A DNA stretch of 64,000 bases from an uncultured Acidobacteriota bacterium (lineage in GTDB: Bacteria > Acidobacteriota > Thermoanaerobaculia > Thermoanaerobaculales > Sulfomarinibacteraceae). A program made the translations under genes and the position numbers. Positions 35,447-45,409 of this stretch are shown piece by piece; within the stretch, counting starts at the first letter, position 1; each line of letters begins with the position of its first letter. The stretch spans positions 147,522-211,521 of the forward strand of contig CAVSIS010000051.1 of NCBI GenBank assembly GCA_963727925.1, given 5' to 3'. The notes beneath the pieces are model-generated. The model was given only the letters and a program-made list of their open reading frames with translations, had not been told where the DNA came from and did not search any database.

Positions 35447-36904
35447 TCAGGAAGCTGCCTGAGCCCTACCCTTTGGGGTTCTGACATCCTCCCTCAGGTA
35501 CCGGTCGATCCCGGCAGCGGCGGTCTTCCCCGCACCCATTGCCAGAATCACCGTCGCCGCGCCGGTGACGATGTCCCCGCCGGCGAAGACGCCGGGAATC
35601 GAGGTCATCATCGTCGCCTCGTCGACTACGATGTTCCCCCAGCGATTCAACCGAAGCCCTTCAGTGCTCTTGGTGACGAGCGGGTTCGGCCCCTGACCGA
35701 TACCCATCACCACCGTGTCGAGGTCAATGTCGTATTCGCTTCCCTCGACTGGAACCGGGCGCCGGCGGCCCGAGCTGTCGGGCTCGCCGAGCTCCATCTT
35801 GATGACGCGCACACCCGTGACGAGACCTTCCTCATTGGAGTGGATTTCGACCGGCGACGTGAGCCACCGAAAGTCGATCCCCTCCTCCTCCGCGTGCTCG
35901 AGCTCTTCGAGGCGCGCCGGGGACTCAGCTCGGGTGCGGCGATAGAGGCAGACGACCTGCTCTGCACCGAGTCGCAAGGCGGTCCGAAGGCAGTCCATCG
36001 CGACGTTTCCGGAACCCACCACCGCAACCCGTCTTCCAATCGCGACCGGCGTGTCGAAATCGGGGAAGCTGAATGCCTTCATGAGATTGACGCGAGTCAG
36101 GAACTCGTTTGCCGAGTACACACCGATCGCGTTCTCCCCCGGGATTCCCATGAAGTACGGCAGGCCGGCGCCGGTGCCGACGAACACGGCGTCGAAGCCG
36201 TACTCTTCGAACAGCTCCGCCACCGATGCCGTTTTTCCGACAACGAAGTTGCACCGTATGTCGACGCCAAGGCGACGTAGGTTGGAGATCTCCTCGTCGA
36301 CAATTGCCTTGGGCAGGCGGAACTCGGGAATTCCGTAGATCAGGACTCCTCCGGGCTTGTGCAGCGCCTCCAGGATGGTCACAGAGTGGCCGCGCATGGC
36401 GAGGTCCGCCGCGCACGCCAGACCGGCAGGTCCGGAGCCGACGATCGCGACGCGAAAACCGGTTGCGGAGGAGGGCTGTGGCATCCTTGTTTCACCGCTC
36501 CGGCGTTCCACATCTGCGACGAACCTCTCGAGACGGCCGATCGCCACCGGGTCCTGCTTGTTCCCGACGACACAGACCTTTTCGCACTGGTCCTCCTGGG
36601 GGCAGACTCGCCCGCAGATCGCCGGCAGCGTGTTGTCCTTTTTGATGATCTCGAGCGCCCGCGCGAACTCGCCTTCCTGGATGGCCTGGACGAACGCCGG
36701 GATGTCGATTCCGACCGGGCAGCCCTCGATGCACTTCGGCTTCTTGCACGCCAAGCAACGATCCGCTTCGGTGGTTGCGAGATCGTCCGTGAATCCGAGT
36801 GCAACCTCGGCGAAGTTATGCCGCCGCTCGACCGGATCCTGTGCCGGCATCGCCTGCCTGGGAATCGCCATGCGCTGCTTCGGAGTCAACTCCCGGGACA
36901 TCAC
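35447..36904 (-). CDS. nfnB: GltD-family NADPH-dependent FAD/Fe-S oxidoreductase (NfnB/SudA-type large subunit)
   Basis: 485 aa. N-terminal Fe-S motifs read RCLACKKPKCIEGCPVGIDIP and AICGRVCPQEDQCEKVC. The two dinucleotide folds read VAIVGSGPAGLACA and VAVVGSGNVAMD. The GTGA overlap with the upstream small subunit fits an NfnAB/SudAB pair. Confidence 0.7.
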   Translation of the reverse strand: MMSRELTPKQRMAIPRQAMPAQDPVERRHNFAEVALGFTDDLATTEADRCLACKKPKCIEGCPVGIDIPAFVQAIQEGEFARALEIIKKDNTLPAICGRVCPQEDQCEKVCVVGNKQDPVAIGRLERFVADVERRSGETRMPQPSSATGFRVAIVGSGPAGLACAADLAMRGHSVTILEALHKPGGVLIYGIPEFRLPKAIVDEEISNLRRLGVDIRCNFVVGKTASVAELFEEYGFDAVFVGTGAGLPYFMGIPGENAIGVYSANEFLTRVNLMKAFSFPDFDTPVAIGRRVAVVGSGNVAMDCLRTALRLGAEQVVCLYRRTRAESPARLEELEHAEEEGIDFRWLTSPVEIHSNEEGLVTGVRVIKMELGEPDSSGRRRPVPVEGSEYDIDLDTVVMGIGQGPNPLVTKSTEGLRLNRWGNIVVDEATMMTSIPGVFAGGDIVTGAATVILAMGAGKTAAAGIDRYLREDVRTPKGRAQAAS

Positions 36905-37758
36905 TTCACCTCCCCGACGGGCATCGCCTGGCAGGTGTGCTGGGCGAGAAAACGCTCACGCGCAAGTTGCTCCTGCTTGAGATAGATGCGCTGGCGCTTG
37001 AGGAGCAGGTCGAAGTCGACCAGGTGCGCGTCAAACTCAGGACCGTCCACACATACGAACTTGCTCTCGCCGCCGACGGCGACCCGACACCCGCCGCACA
37101 TTCCGGTTCCGTCGATCATGATGGTGTTGAGCGAGACCACGGTCGGGATGCCGAGTGGACGCGTCATCTCCGCGACCGCCCTCATCATGACCCCGGGGCC
37201 GATGGCGAAGACCTGGGCCGGGGTCCCGTGCTCGGCGATGTAGGCCTCCAGGGCGTGCGTCACGAGACCCTTGCGACCGAGGCTGCCATCGTCCGTGGTC
37301 AATATCGTCTCGTCGGACGTCGCAGACATCTCCTTGCGCAGGATGACGAGCTCGGCGTTCCTGCCTCCCAGGATCGAGACGACCCGATTGCCGGCGGCCT
37401 TCAGGGCTCGTGCGATCGGCAGCAGGGGAGCGATCCCGGCGCCTCCGCCGACGCACACGCAGGTTCCCAACCTCTCGATGTGGGTCGGCGTGCCGAGCGG
37501 TCCCACCACGTGGATCTCGGCGCCGACCCCGAGCAGGCCCATCTCCATCGTCGACTTTCCCACCTCCTGGACGACGAGGGTGATCGTGCCCGCCGCGGCG
37601 TCACAGTCCGCAATGGTCAGCGGGATGCGCTCGCCGTGGTCATGAAGCAGGACGATGACAAACTGTCCCGCCCGGTGCTTGCGCGCAACCTGGGGCGCCT
37701 CGACCACGTAGCGCTTGAACTGCGGCGCGATGCTGGTGACTTCGACGATTCTGGCCAT
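36901..37758 (-). CDS. nfnA: PyrK-like FAD/NAD-binding, 2Fe-2S oxidoreductase (NfnA/SudB-type small subunit)
   Basis: 285 aa. The motifs are AGQFVIVLLHDHGERIPLTIAD, GPLGTP and GGGAGIAPL. The C-terminal Cys cluster is MIDGTGMCGGCRV...FVCVDGP. Confidence 0.7.
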   Translation of the reverse strand: MARIVEVTSIAPQFKRYVVEAPQVARKHRAGQFVIVLLHDHGERIPLTIADCDAAAGTITLVVQEVGKSTMEMGLLGVGAEIHVVGPLGTPTHIERLGTCVCVGGGAGIAPLLPIARALKAAGNRVVSILGGRNAELVILRKEMSATSDETILTTDDGSLGRKGLVTHALEAYIAEHGTPAQVFAIGPGVMMRAVAEMTRPLGIPTVVSLNTIMIDGTGMCGGCRVAVGGESKFVCVDGPEFDAHLVDFDLLLKRQRIYLKQEQLARERFLAQHTCQAMPVGEVK

Positions 37759-37933
37759 TCCGCCTCCGAAGCGGAGCGGCTTGTGCGGCTCCGCGCGGTC
37801 CGGAACACTCTAGCAATCGAGAGCGGGGTGATCAAGGAGGAATCGTTCCTGAATATAATGGCTTTCGGGAGCGGGTGTATAGTAACGGCGCAGCTCGTTA
37901 CTGGAGGCTTCTCGGGACGAACGGGTCACCCAG

Positions 37934-40036
37934 ATGTCGACCGCCCTGTCATTTCTCCCGTTGGCCATTGCGTGCCTCCTCCTGTCGCTGGCATCGCGCC
38001 AGTGGCGGACGACCGCTTTGCCGTGGGGCGTCGTTCCGTTGCTGGTGGCGGCGGTGATGGGTGTCGGGGTTCTTGCGGTCTCGGGTCTCGCACTTCTGGT
38101 GGTCGTCGCCGAGGCGGCGGGCAGATGGCGGACGCTCCGTGAGGTGGTGCCCGTGTCCATACTGGCGGTGGCGGTGGCCGGTATGCCGGTGACAGACCTG
38201 CCGGGTACGGTGGGTCGGCTGATGGCTCTCGTGTTCGGCGCCCTCGCGCTGGCGCTGCTGGTCCGTCGTTATCTACCCGGGGGGGACCGTTCCGGCCATG
38301 GGACCTGGAACGAGCTCGCCGCGACCCTCCTCCTGCTGGCCAGCGCCACACTCTTGACGTGCGGACTGACGCTCAAGCTGCCGCTTTTGACGATTCTCGG
38401 CCTGTCGACCCCGGCAATGCTTCCTGCGCTGATCGAGGACGTGGTTCGGGCCGCCGCTCGGAGCGCGAGGGTGGCCGGTATGGTCGACGGCTCAAGCGCT
38501 GTCGCAGAGACGCTGACGGCGACTGCCAACGGTCCGATCGAGTCTCTCGCCGAACGACTCCACGAGCTCTTCGCACCGTTTCTCCACCACCGTGCCACGA
38601 TCGTCGCCCTGAACCCCGCCTACGGGCAGGGCACCTCGGTAGTGAGTTGTCACCCCCCGGCGGGAGAGGAGTTGCACCGCATCCGGGAGCGCGCCCGTCA
38701 CGCGCTCCAGTCGGGCCGCCGGGACTCGTTGGTCGGCGTGCGCATCACCACTCTCGAGGACCGGGACCACCTCCATCCCGCGTTTTCACACCAGCTGCTC
38801 GTCCCGCTTCGGCGAGGCCAGCAGCTGATCGCCCTGCTTGCGTTCCTGAACGACGCGCCGTTGGTCCCACCCGCGGCGGAGCGGTCGCTTGCGGACGCCG
38901 CCGCAGCGATCCTCAACCGTGTGCTCGTGCAGCGCGAGCTTGGGTCCCGGGTCGCCCTTCTCGCACAAAGGGCGAACAGCCAGGGCGACCGCCTGCGCCA
39001 GCTGCTCGAGCTCAGCAACGCTGTCAGCTGCACAAACGACCCCAAGCGAGTCACCGAGAACCTGACACGGACGGTCTGTGAGGTCTTCGGGTTTGGAGCC
39101 TGCGAGCTGCTGCTCGACACGGGTACGGGTGACTCGATGCGACGCGTCGCGAGCTGGAGGAACGGCACCGGGGGCTGGATCGCCGACGACGGCAACGAAA
39201 TCGCAATCGGGGCGCTCAATGCGGCGCTTTCGCTGGGTACATCGATGTCCCGCGCCGTTGTCGTTCCCGCCGATGCATGGCCTCAGCCGCCGAGTAATGT
39301 GCACCAGATCGACCTCCTGCTCGTGCTCGGACTGGGCTCGGAGGAGCGCCGCATCGGGTACCTGGTGGCCGAGGCGCAACGCGAGACAGAGCTCCCTGAC
39401 CTCGACGACCTGCGGGTACTCGAGATCCTCGCCGAACAGATGACGCCGGCTCTCTCGTCCACGCTCCAAGTCGCCGAGCTGTACCGCCAGACTCAGGTCG
39501 ACGGGCTGACCGGAATCGCGAACCGCAGGGGCCTGGATCAGCACCTCGACAAGGCGCTGCGTGAGGCACGCGAACGTGAGACGAGCATCGCGTTCGGAAT
39601 GATCGACGCAGACAGCTTCAAGGCGGTCAACGACCGTTTCGGTCATCGAATCGGCGACGTGGTCCTGCGCGAGCTCGCTCAGCAGCTCGCTCAGAGCGTC
39701 CGCACCATGGACTTCGTCGCCCGCTACGGCGGGGAGGAGTTCTGCATCGTGCTGCCTGGTCTCGGACTCGAGCAGGCTCACCAGGTCCTCGAACGGCTCC
39801 GGGCGTCGATCGAAGCATATGGCTTCGCGCGCGGTGAGCTCAGCCATCCGGTGACCTTGACGGTCAGTATCGGGGTTGCCCACTATCCGAGCGACGGCGG
39901 CGATCCGAGACACCTGATCGAGCGCGCCGACGCCGCGCTCTACCGCGCCAAAGCCCTCGGAAAGAACCGGGTCGCCCTGGCCGCGGACATTGCACAGGGT
40001 GGTCTGTTCGAGAGCGACGAGCCGTTTGCTGTGTAA
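37934..40036 (+). CDS. Membrane-bound diguanylate cyclase (polytopic N-terminus, GAF-like region, GGDEF domain)
   Basis: 700 aa with N-terminal hydrophobic helices. The C-terminus reads DGLTGIANRRGLDQHL...DADSFKAVNDRFGHRIGD...VRTMDFVARYGGEEFCIVLPG. It has a GGEEF active site and an RxxD I-site 5 residues upstream. Confidence 0.88.
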   Translation: MSTALSFLPLAIACLLLSLASRQWRTTALPWGVVPLLVAAVMGVGVLAVSGLALLVVVAEAAGRWRTLREVVPVSILAVAVAGMPVTDLPGTVGRLMALVFGALALALLVRRYLPGGDRSGHGTWNELAATLLLLASATLLTCGLTLKLPLLTILGLSTPAMLPALIEDVVRAAARSARVAGMVDGSSAVAETLTATANGPIESLAERLHELFAPFLHHRATIVALNPAYGQGTSVVSCHPPAGEELHRIRERARHALQSGRRDSLVGVRITTLEDRDHLHPAFSHQLLVPLRRGQQLIALLAFLNDAPLVPPAAERSLADAAAAILNRVLVQRELGSRVALLAQRANSQGDRLRQLLELSNAVSCTNDPKRVTENLTRTVCEVFGFGACELLLDTGTGDSMRRVASWRNGTGGWIADDGNEIAIGALNAALSLGTSMSRAVVVPADAWPQPPSNVHQIDLLLVLGLGSEERRIGYLVAEAQRETELPDLDDLRVLEILAEQMTPALSSTLQVAELYRQTQVDGLTGIANRRGLDQHLDKALREARERETSIAFGMIDADSFKAVNDRFGHRIGDVVLRELAQQLAQSVRTMDFVARYGGEEFCIVLPGLGLEQAHQVLERLRASIEAYGFARGELSHPVTLTVSIGVAHYPSDGGDPRHLIERADAALYRAKALGKNRVALAADIAQGGLFESDEPFAV

Positions 40037-40065
40037 CTGATCCGTCGGCGAAACCGATGGATGAG

Positions 40066-40674
40066 TTACATCCGCCACAGGAAGCGCAGAGGCCAGGTTG
40101 CGGCCTCTTCGGCGGACTCCACCCCAATGCGGGCCGTCCGGACTACCGCGCCCTCTGGCGGTCTGACACCGTCGTCGACCACGCGCAGTGAGGCGCCGGG
40201 CGCGCACAGATCCAGGCCGTCGTCCCGGCGATCAAGGGCTAGCGCCTGGCACAGCTTGCCCGGTCCATTGCAGAGGTTTCTCTCAGTCACTCGTCGGCCA
40301 CGACGCTTGCGCACCAGAAGGTGGCCGAAAACCGGGATGCCGCCACGCAGGAGCACGGCCTCTCCCCTCCCCTTCCTGGCGGTCACCAAGTTCGCACAAT
40401 GGTGGAGACCATAGATCAGATAAACGTAGGCGCACCCGGGCCGGCCCCACATCGAGCGGTTCCGTGCCGTCCTTCGTGCGCCCCAGGTATGGCTCGCCCG
40501 ATCGTCGGGACCGAGATAGGCTTCGACCTCGGTCAGACGCACGGCGACCTCGCCGTCGTCGGTGGTCCGGACGAGGAGTTTCCCGAGCAGATCCAGCGCG
40601 ACCGTCTCGGTAGGGCGCTGGTAGAATGCGCGTCCGACGACGGCGACATCGTTCGCGATGAGGGAGGACGTCAT
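40066..40674 (-). CDS. mpg: 3-methyladenine DNA glycosylase (MPG/AAG family)
   Basis: I trimmed the start to ATG 40674, giving 202 aa. The motifs are FYQRPTETVALDLLGKLLV, LTEVEAYLGPDDRASH, GCAYVYLIYGLHHCANLV and GPGKLCQALALD. Confidence 0.85.
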   Translation of the reverse strand: MTSSLIANDVAVVGRAFYQRPTETVALDLLGKLLVRTTDDGEVAVRLTEVEAYLGPDDRASHTWGARRTARNRSMWGRPGCAYVYLIYGLHHCANLVTARKGRGEAVLLRGGIPVFGHLLVRKRRGRRVTERNLCNGPGKLCQALALDRRDDGLDLCAPGASLRVVDDGVRPPEGAVVRTARIGVESAEEAATWPLRFLWRM

Positions 40675-41620
40675 GGTATCGAAGGCCTGTGTGACCGGCG
40701 GTGCCGGGTTCATCGGCTCGCACCTCTGCGATGCCCTACTTGCGGCCGGCCACCACGTGACCATTCTCGACGACCTCTCCTCGGGTCGCAAGGACAACCT
40801 GCCACCCGATGCCGACCTCCGGATCGTCGACGTGCGGTCGCGGGCCGCGGCGTTGATCGTCGAGCAGGAGAGATTCGACGTCCTCTTCCACTTCGCGGCC
40901 CAGATGGACGTCCGGCGCTCAGTTGAGGATCCGGTATTCGACGCTGAGGTCAACCTCGTCGGCCTACTCAACCTGCTCGAGGCGGCTCGCAAGGCGGGGA
41001 CCAGACAGGTCGTCCTGGCATCGACCGGCGGGGCAATTTACGGTGATCAGGAGCGCTACCCGGCCGACGAGGACCACGTTGCACAGCCCCTGTCGCCCTA
41101 TGGCGTGGCCAAGCTTGCGAGCGAGCGGTACCTCTACTTTTACCACCGCCAGTATGGCCTCGACGCCACCTGTCTGCGGTTCGCCAACGTCTACGGCCCG
41201 CGCCAGAACCCTCACGGAGAGGCCGGCGTGGTGGCCATCTTCCTCCATCGTCTGCTGCGCGACGAACAACCCGTCATCAACGGCGAAGGCCTCCAGACCC
41301 GGGACTACGTCTGGGTCCACGACGTCGTCAGCGCGAACCTCGCCGCCCTCGGCAGTCCGGGTTTTGCGGTCTACAACGTTGGTACCGGTGTCGAGACGGA
41401 CGTCAACACCCTGTTCGAGCTGATCCACCGATCACTCGGCTGCGGGCGTCCTGCGATCCACGGGCCAGCCAAGCCAGGCGAGCAGGCGCGCTCTTCGATC
41501 GACTCCACACGCCTCGAGAGGGAGCTCGGTGTGCGCGGTTTCACTCCACTTACCGAGGGCATTGCCCGAACCGCGTCGTGGTTTTTGGAGCGCGCCGATA
41601 CCCCGGTGGTAGGAAGTTGA
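40673..41620 (+). CDS. NAD-dependent epimerase/dehydratase, UDP-glucose 4-epimerase (GalE)-like
   Basis: MVSKACVTGGAGFIGSHLCDALL is the Rossmann motif. YGVAKLASE is the catalytic YxxxK. ATG 40673 has GAGGGAGGA 4 nt upstream. Confidence 0.85.
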   Translation: MVSKACVTGGAGFIGSHLCDALLAAGHHVTILDDLSSGRKDNLPPDADLRIVDVRSRAAALIVEQERFDVLFHFAAQMDVRRSVEDPVFDAEVNLVGLLNLLEAARKAGTRQVVLASTGGAIYGDQERYPADEDHVAQPLSPYGVAKLASERYLYFYHRQYGLDATCLRFANVYGPRQNPHGEAGVVAIFLHRLLRDEQPVINGEGLQTRDYVWVHDVVSANLAALGSPGFAVYNVGTGVETDVNTLFELIHRSLGCGRPAIHGPAKPGEQARSSIDSTRLERELGVRGFTPLTEGIARTASWFLERADTPVVGS

Positions 41621-41757
41621 ACCGATGACGGCGGACCGGACCGAGAGCTTGTGAAAGAAAGTATAATCCCCGGCGTCGGCCGCCCGGCCTCCCGGCGGGA
41701 ACGGAACGCGGGCACACCGATGTTGCATGGAACGGACGGGACAGTGAAGCGGAGGAC

Positions 41758-42291
41758 GTGACCATGCGCCAACCCGACGGAAGCTCCACCCTGCTCACGA
41801 CACGAGTCGACGCGATGCTGGCTTGGGTGCGGAAGAACAGCCTGTGGCCGCTCCCGTTCGGCACCGCGTGCTGCGCGATCGAGTTCATGTCGTCGGTCTC
41901 GTCCCACTACGACCTGGCTCGATTCGGAGCGGAGGTGGTGAGGTTTTCGCCCCGTCAGTCCGACATGATGATCGTTGCCGGCACCATTACCGACAAGATG
42001 GCGCCGATCGTGAAGCGGATCTACGACCAGATGGCCGAGCCCAAGTACGTCATCTCGATGGGTGCGTGCGCCTGCACCGGGGGCTTCTACCGCGCCTATC
42101 ACGTGGTCCAGGGAGTGGATGAGTTCATTCCCGTGGATGTCTACGTCCCGGGATGCCCGCCGACCCCGGAGGCCCTGATCCACGGCATTCTGAAACTCCA
42201 GGAGATGATCCAGGGCGGGGAGACCCAATATGACCGTCTCAAGTCCTCGAAAGACAACGTCACACCCGCTGTCCAAGCTGCTGCCGAGTGA
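41758..42291 (+). CDS. nuoB: NADH-quinone oxidoreductase subunit B
   Basis: The motifs are [39 protein letters not shown] and [13 protein letters not shown] (N2 cluster ligands). The start is GTG 41758 or ATG 41764. Confidence 0.92.
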   Translation: MTMRQPDGSSTLLTTRVDAMLAWVRKNSLWPLPFGTACCAIEFMSSVSSHYDLARFGAEVVRFSPRQSDMMIVAGTITDKMAPIVKRIYDQMAEPKYVISMGACACTGGFYRAYHVVQGVDEFIPVDVYVPGCPPTPEALIHGILKLQEMIQGGETQYDRLKSSKDNVTPAVQAAAE

Positions 42292-43936
42292 GGTCAAGGC
42301 GACTGTCGAGCAGGGTACCGACGACCACACCGTCATCACGGTCGACCGGGGACAGCTGCTCGACGTGTTGAAGACCCTGAAGGAGCACCGCGACCTTCGG
42401 TGCGATCTTCTGGTCGATGTCTGCGGGGTCGACTACCCGGACCGAGACAGTCGGTTCGAGGTCGTGTATCACCTTGCCAGCCTCGAAAACGGGAAGAGAT
42501 TCCGCGTGAAGGTCCCACTCGACGAGGCCGACCCGGTGGTTCCCTCCGCGTACGGGCTTTTCAAGGCGGCGGACTGGTTCGAACGCGAAGCCTGGGACAT
42601 GTTTGGAATCCGCTTCGACGGCCATCCCAACCTCAAGCGGATCCTCACCCACGAGGCCTTCCGAGGACATCCATTGCGCAAGGACTACGATCCGGGACAA
42701 CGGTGGCTGCTCACCGAGGTCGAGGAGATGGTTCCGGAGTGGGCACGCGAGAGCAGCCAGGGAGACGACCACTTCGAGACCCAGGTCCTCAACCTCGGCC
42801 CGTCGCACCCCGCCACCCACGGCACGCTGCGCACCGTGGTCCGGCTCGACGGCGAGGTCATCACCAATGCGGAGTGTGAGATCGGCTACCTCCATCGCTG
42901 CTTCGAGAAGATGGCCGAGACCCACGAGTGGAACCAGGTGGTGCCCTACACCGACCGCCTCAACTACTGCTCGAGCATGATCAACGGCGTGGGCTACACG
43001 ACCGCGGTCGAGCGCATGCTCGGTATCGAAGCGCCCGCGCGCGCTCAGGTGGTCCAGGTCATCCTGTCCGAGCTGTCGAGGATCATGGACCATTGCGTCT
43101 GCCTCGGTGCGAACCTGGTCGATCTCGGTGCGCTGACCAACTTCTGGTATTTCTTCCAGCCGCGGGAGGAGATCTACGGTCTGCTGGAGGCCTGTGCGGG
43201 CGGGCGTCTCACCGTCTCTTACGTGCGCGTCGGCGGGCTTGCGCACGACGTTCCGGCGGACTTCGAAGAGCGCGTTCGCTATCTCCTTCGCTACATCCCC
43301 AAGTTCATCGACGACGTGGAGCGTCTCGTCACCTCGAACACCATCTTCCGTGACCGTACTGAGGGCATCGGGGCGATCACGGCGGAGGAAGCCGTCGCCT
43401 GGGGCTGGACGGGACCATGCCTGCGCGCGTCGGGCGTCCCTTACGACGTTCGCAAGGCCTATCCCTATCGAGGCTACGACCAGTACGAGTTCGACGTTCC
43501 CGTAGCATCGGGGGGTGACACCTACGCGCGCTACCTGGTGCGAATGGAGGAGATGCGCCAGAGCCTGCGAATCATCGAGCAGGCGATCAACAACCTTCCG
43601 GACGGTCCGACCCTGACCGACGACCACCACGTCGCTCTGCCTCCGAAGCAGAAGGTCTTCACCGAGATGGAGTCGTTGATCTGGCACTTCAAGCTGATCT
43701 ACGAGGGCATCAAGGTGCCTGCCGGCGACGCCTACTCGCTGTGCGAGGGCGCGAACGGCGAGCTCGGCTACTACATCGTTTCCGACGGCAGCGGCAGACC
43801 GTACCGCATCAAGGTGCGTCCTCCCTGCTTCGCGATCTTCCAGGCCTACCCCCACATGCTGATCGGGCACATGGTTCCCGACTCGATCGCGATACTGGGC
43901 AGCCTCAACATCATCGCGGGAGAGCTCGACCGATGA
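42230..43936 (+). CDS. nuoCD: NADH-quinone oxidoreductase fused subunit C/D
   Basis: 568 aa. The N-terminal 30-kDa (NuoC) part reads [29 protein letters not shown]. The 49-kDa (NuoD) part reads [37 protein letters not shown] and ends in GELDR. The ATG 42230 start overlaps the end of nuoB by 62 nt and is not certain. Confidence 0.9.
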   Translation: MTVSSPRKTTSHPLSKLLPSEVKATVEQGTDDHTVITVDRGQLLDVLKTLKEHRDLRCDLLVDVCGVDYPDRDSRFEVVYHLASLENGKRFRVKVPLDEADPVVPSAYGLFKAADWFEREAWDMFGIRFDGHPNLKRILTHEAFRGHPLRKDYDPGQRWLLTEVEEMVPEWARESSQGDDHFETQVLNLGPSHPATHGTLRTVVRLDGEVITNAECEIGYLHRCFEKMAETHEWNQVVPYTDRLNYCSSMINGVGYTTAVERMLGIEAPARAQVVQVILSELSRIMDHCVCLGANLVDLGALTNFWYFFQPREEIYGLLEACAGGRLTVSYVRVGGLAHDVPADFEERVRYLLRYIPKFIDDVERLVTSNTIFRDRTEGIGAITAEEAVAWGWTGPCLRASGVPYDVRKAYPYRGYDQYEFDVPVASGGDTYARYLVRMEEMRQSLRIIEQAINNLPDGPTLTDDHHVALPPKQKVFTEMESLIWHFKLIYEGIKVPAGDAYSLCEGANGELGYYIVSDGSGRPYRIKVRPPCFAIFQAYPHMLIGHMVPDSIAILGSLNIIAGELDR

Positions 43937-44463
43937 AGAAGGTCCCGACCGTCAACGTCGATCGCCCTGCGCCATCCATCGCGGAACGCACCTACCTGGT
44001 GCCGATTCTCAAAGGCCTGGCCGTCACATTCCGCCACTTCTGGCGCAACCTGATCGGTCAGAAGGACGTCGCGACGATCCAGTATCCCGAGGTCAAGCGT
44101 CAGTACTCGGATCGCCTCCGCGGCCGTCATATCCTCACCACCAAGGATGACGGTTCGCTGCGATGTGTCGCCTGCTATATGTGCGAGACAGCCTGCCCGG
44201 CGGACTGCATCCACATCGTGGCCGAGGAGGACCCGAATGCCACCGTCGAGTGGGAGAAGAAGCCGAAGGTCTACGAGATCGACCTCCTCCGCTGCGTGTT
44301 CTGCGGCTACTGCGTCGACGCCTGCCCGAAGGAAGCGATCATCATGAGCCGCCAGCACGAGATGGCCTTTTCGAGCCGCGAGGAAGCCGTCGTCGGGATC
44401 GAGGAGCTGCGCCAGAAGGGGCCCATCGACGAGGAGGACATCGGCTATCGGCCCTACTTCTGA
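43933..44463 (+). CDS. nuoI: NADH-quinone oxidoreductase subunit I
   Basis: I trimmed the start to ATG 43933, an ATGA overlap with the nuoCD stop. Two 4Fe-4S motifs are present: CVACYMCETACP and CVFCGYCVDACP. Confidence 0.9.
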   Translation: MKKVPTVNVDRPAPSIAERTYLVPILKGLAVTFRHFWRNLIGQKDVATIQYPEVKRQYSDRLRGRHILTTKDDGSLRCVACYMCETACPADCIHIVAEEDPNATVEWEKKPKVYEIDLLRCVFCGYCVDACPKEAIIMSRQHEMAFSSREEAVVGIEELRQKGPIDEEDIGYRPYF

Positions 44464-44577
44464 TCTCCTGCGAGCCGTCCATCTGCGACATGGCTTCAGG
44501 ACGCCCCGGCCGGGTGCTCTTGCACGGCGGTGTTACGATGAAAATGCATGGACCATGCGGTCCCGAGGAGGGACGGA

Positions 44578-44784
44578 ATGAGTGCAGACCACGGGCAGCT
44601 TGAGCGCGCTCGGCCGACCTACGAAGAGCTCCACCAGCAGCATCAGGAGCACGAGCAGCGGCTTGCGGAGCTCAACAACAAGGCATGGCTCAGTCCGGCT
44701 GAAGAGCTCGAGGAAAAGCGCCTGAAAAAGCTCAAGTTGCACCTGAAGGACCAGATGGAGAATATCCGTCGGTCCGCGTCCTGA
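44578..44784 (+). CDS. DUF465 (YdcH-like) small coiled-coil protein
   Basis: 68 aa from ATG 44578, with GGAGGG SD. YEELHQQHQEHEQRLAELNNKAWLSPAEELEEKRLKKLKLHLKDQM is the DUF465 pattern. Confidence 0.7.
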   Translation: MSADHGQLERARPTYEELHQQHQEHEQRLAELNNKAWLSPAEELEEKRLKKLKLHLKDQMENIRRSAS

Positions 44785-44797
44785 CGCGCATTCTGCG

Positions 44798-45409
44798 GTG
44801 GAGATGATTGTCCCGGAGGGGTGGCCCTTCGTCCTCATTCCCGCATGCGCCGGCCTTGCCAGCGCGATCCTCGGCTGGACCTGGCCCGGATGGCTCCTGG
44901 TAGGCGTTGGTGTGGTCTGTCTGGTCGTGTTCCGCAATCCGCCCCGATCATGCGCATTTCCGGCCGACGTCGCCTGCGCACCCGCGGACGGCCACATCGA
45001 CCTGCTTCAGGAGATCGAGGGAGGCTCGGCGTCCTGTCTCCGCCTGGCGGTCCGGATTCCGCCGTTCGCACCTCAGGTCACGAGACTGCCCATCCAGGCG
45101 ACCCTTGTCGAGATTGATCGGCTCGATGCCCCGCTCGACGCGCCGCGGGAGGCGCTCGAGTCCACATGGTCTTCCGCGCGGGGACCGTTCGCCTTGCGCC
45201 AAATCGCCGGTCGATTCGCACATCGGGTCGTGTTCGACCACTCCCCAGGCCGCCTCGTCGAGCGCGGTGAGCGGGTCGGGGTGATGCGCTTCGGCGCGCG
45301 GGTCGAAATCGACCTCCCCCAAGGGGCGAAGCCTCTCGTCCAGGTCGGCGATCGGGTCCGCGCCGGAAGCACTCCGATTGCCCGATGGGCGGGTGCGGAG
45401 GTTACATGA
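44798..45409 (+). CDS. Phosphatidylserine decarboxylase-family protein (short type) lacking the catalytic His and pyruvoyl-forming Ser
   Basis: Conserved family blocks are FRNPPR, APADG, QIAGRFAHRVV and MRFGARVEIDLP. The canonical NVHxNR block is APQVTR here, and the canonical FGSR cleavage motif is FGAR. The start is GTG 44798 or ATG 44804. Confidence 0.75.
   Translation: MEMIVPEGWPFVLIPACAGLASAILGWTWPGWLLVGVGVVCLVVFRNPPRSCAFPADVACAPADGHIDLLQEIEGGSASCLRLAVRIPPFAPQVTRLPIQATLVEIDRLDAPLDAPREALESTWSSARGPFALRQIAGRFAHRVVFDHSPGRLVERGERVGVMRFGARVEIDLPQGAKPLVQVGDRVRAGSTPIARWAGAEVT

Noticed and set aside
40249-40263. Sigma-54-like promoter TGGCACagcTTGCC (and TGGTGAGAAGTGCA at ~48821)
   Set aside because: The GG-to-GC spacing is 2 nt too short relative to TGGCAC-N5-TTGC, and the first site lies inside the mpg coding region.
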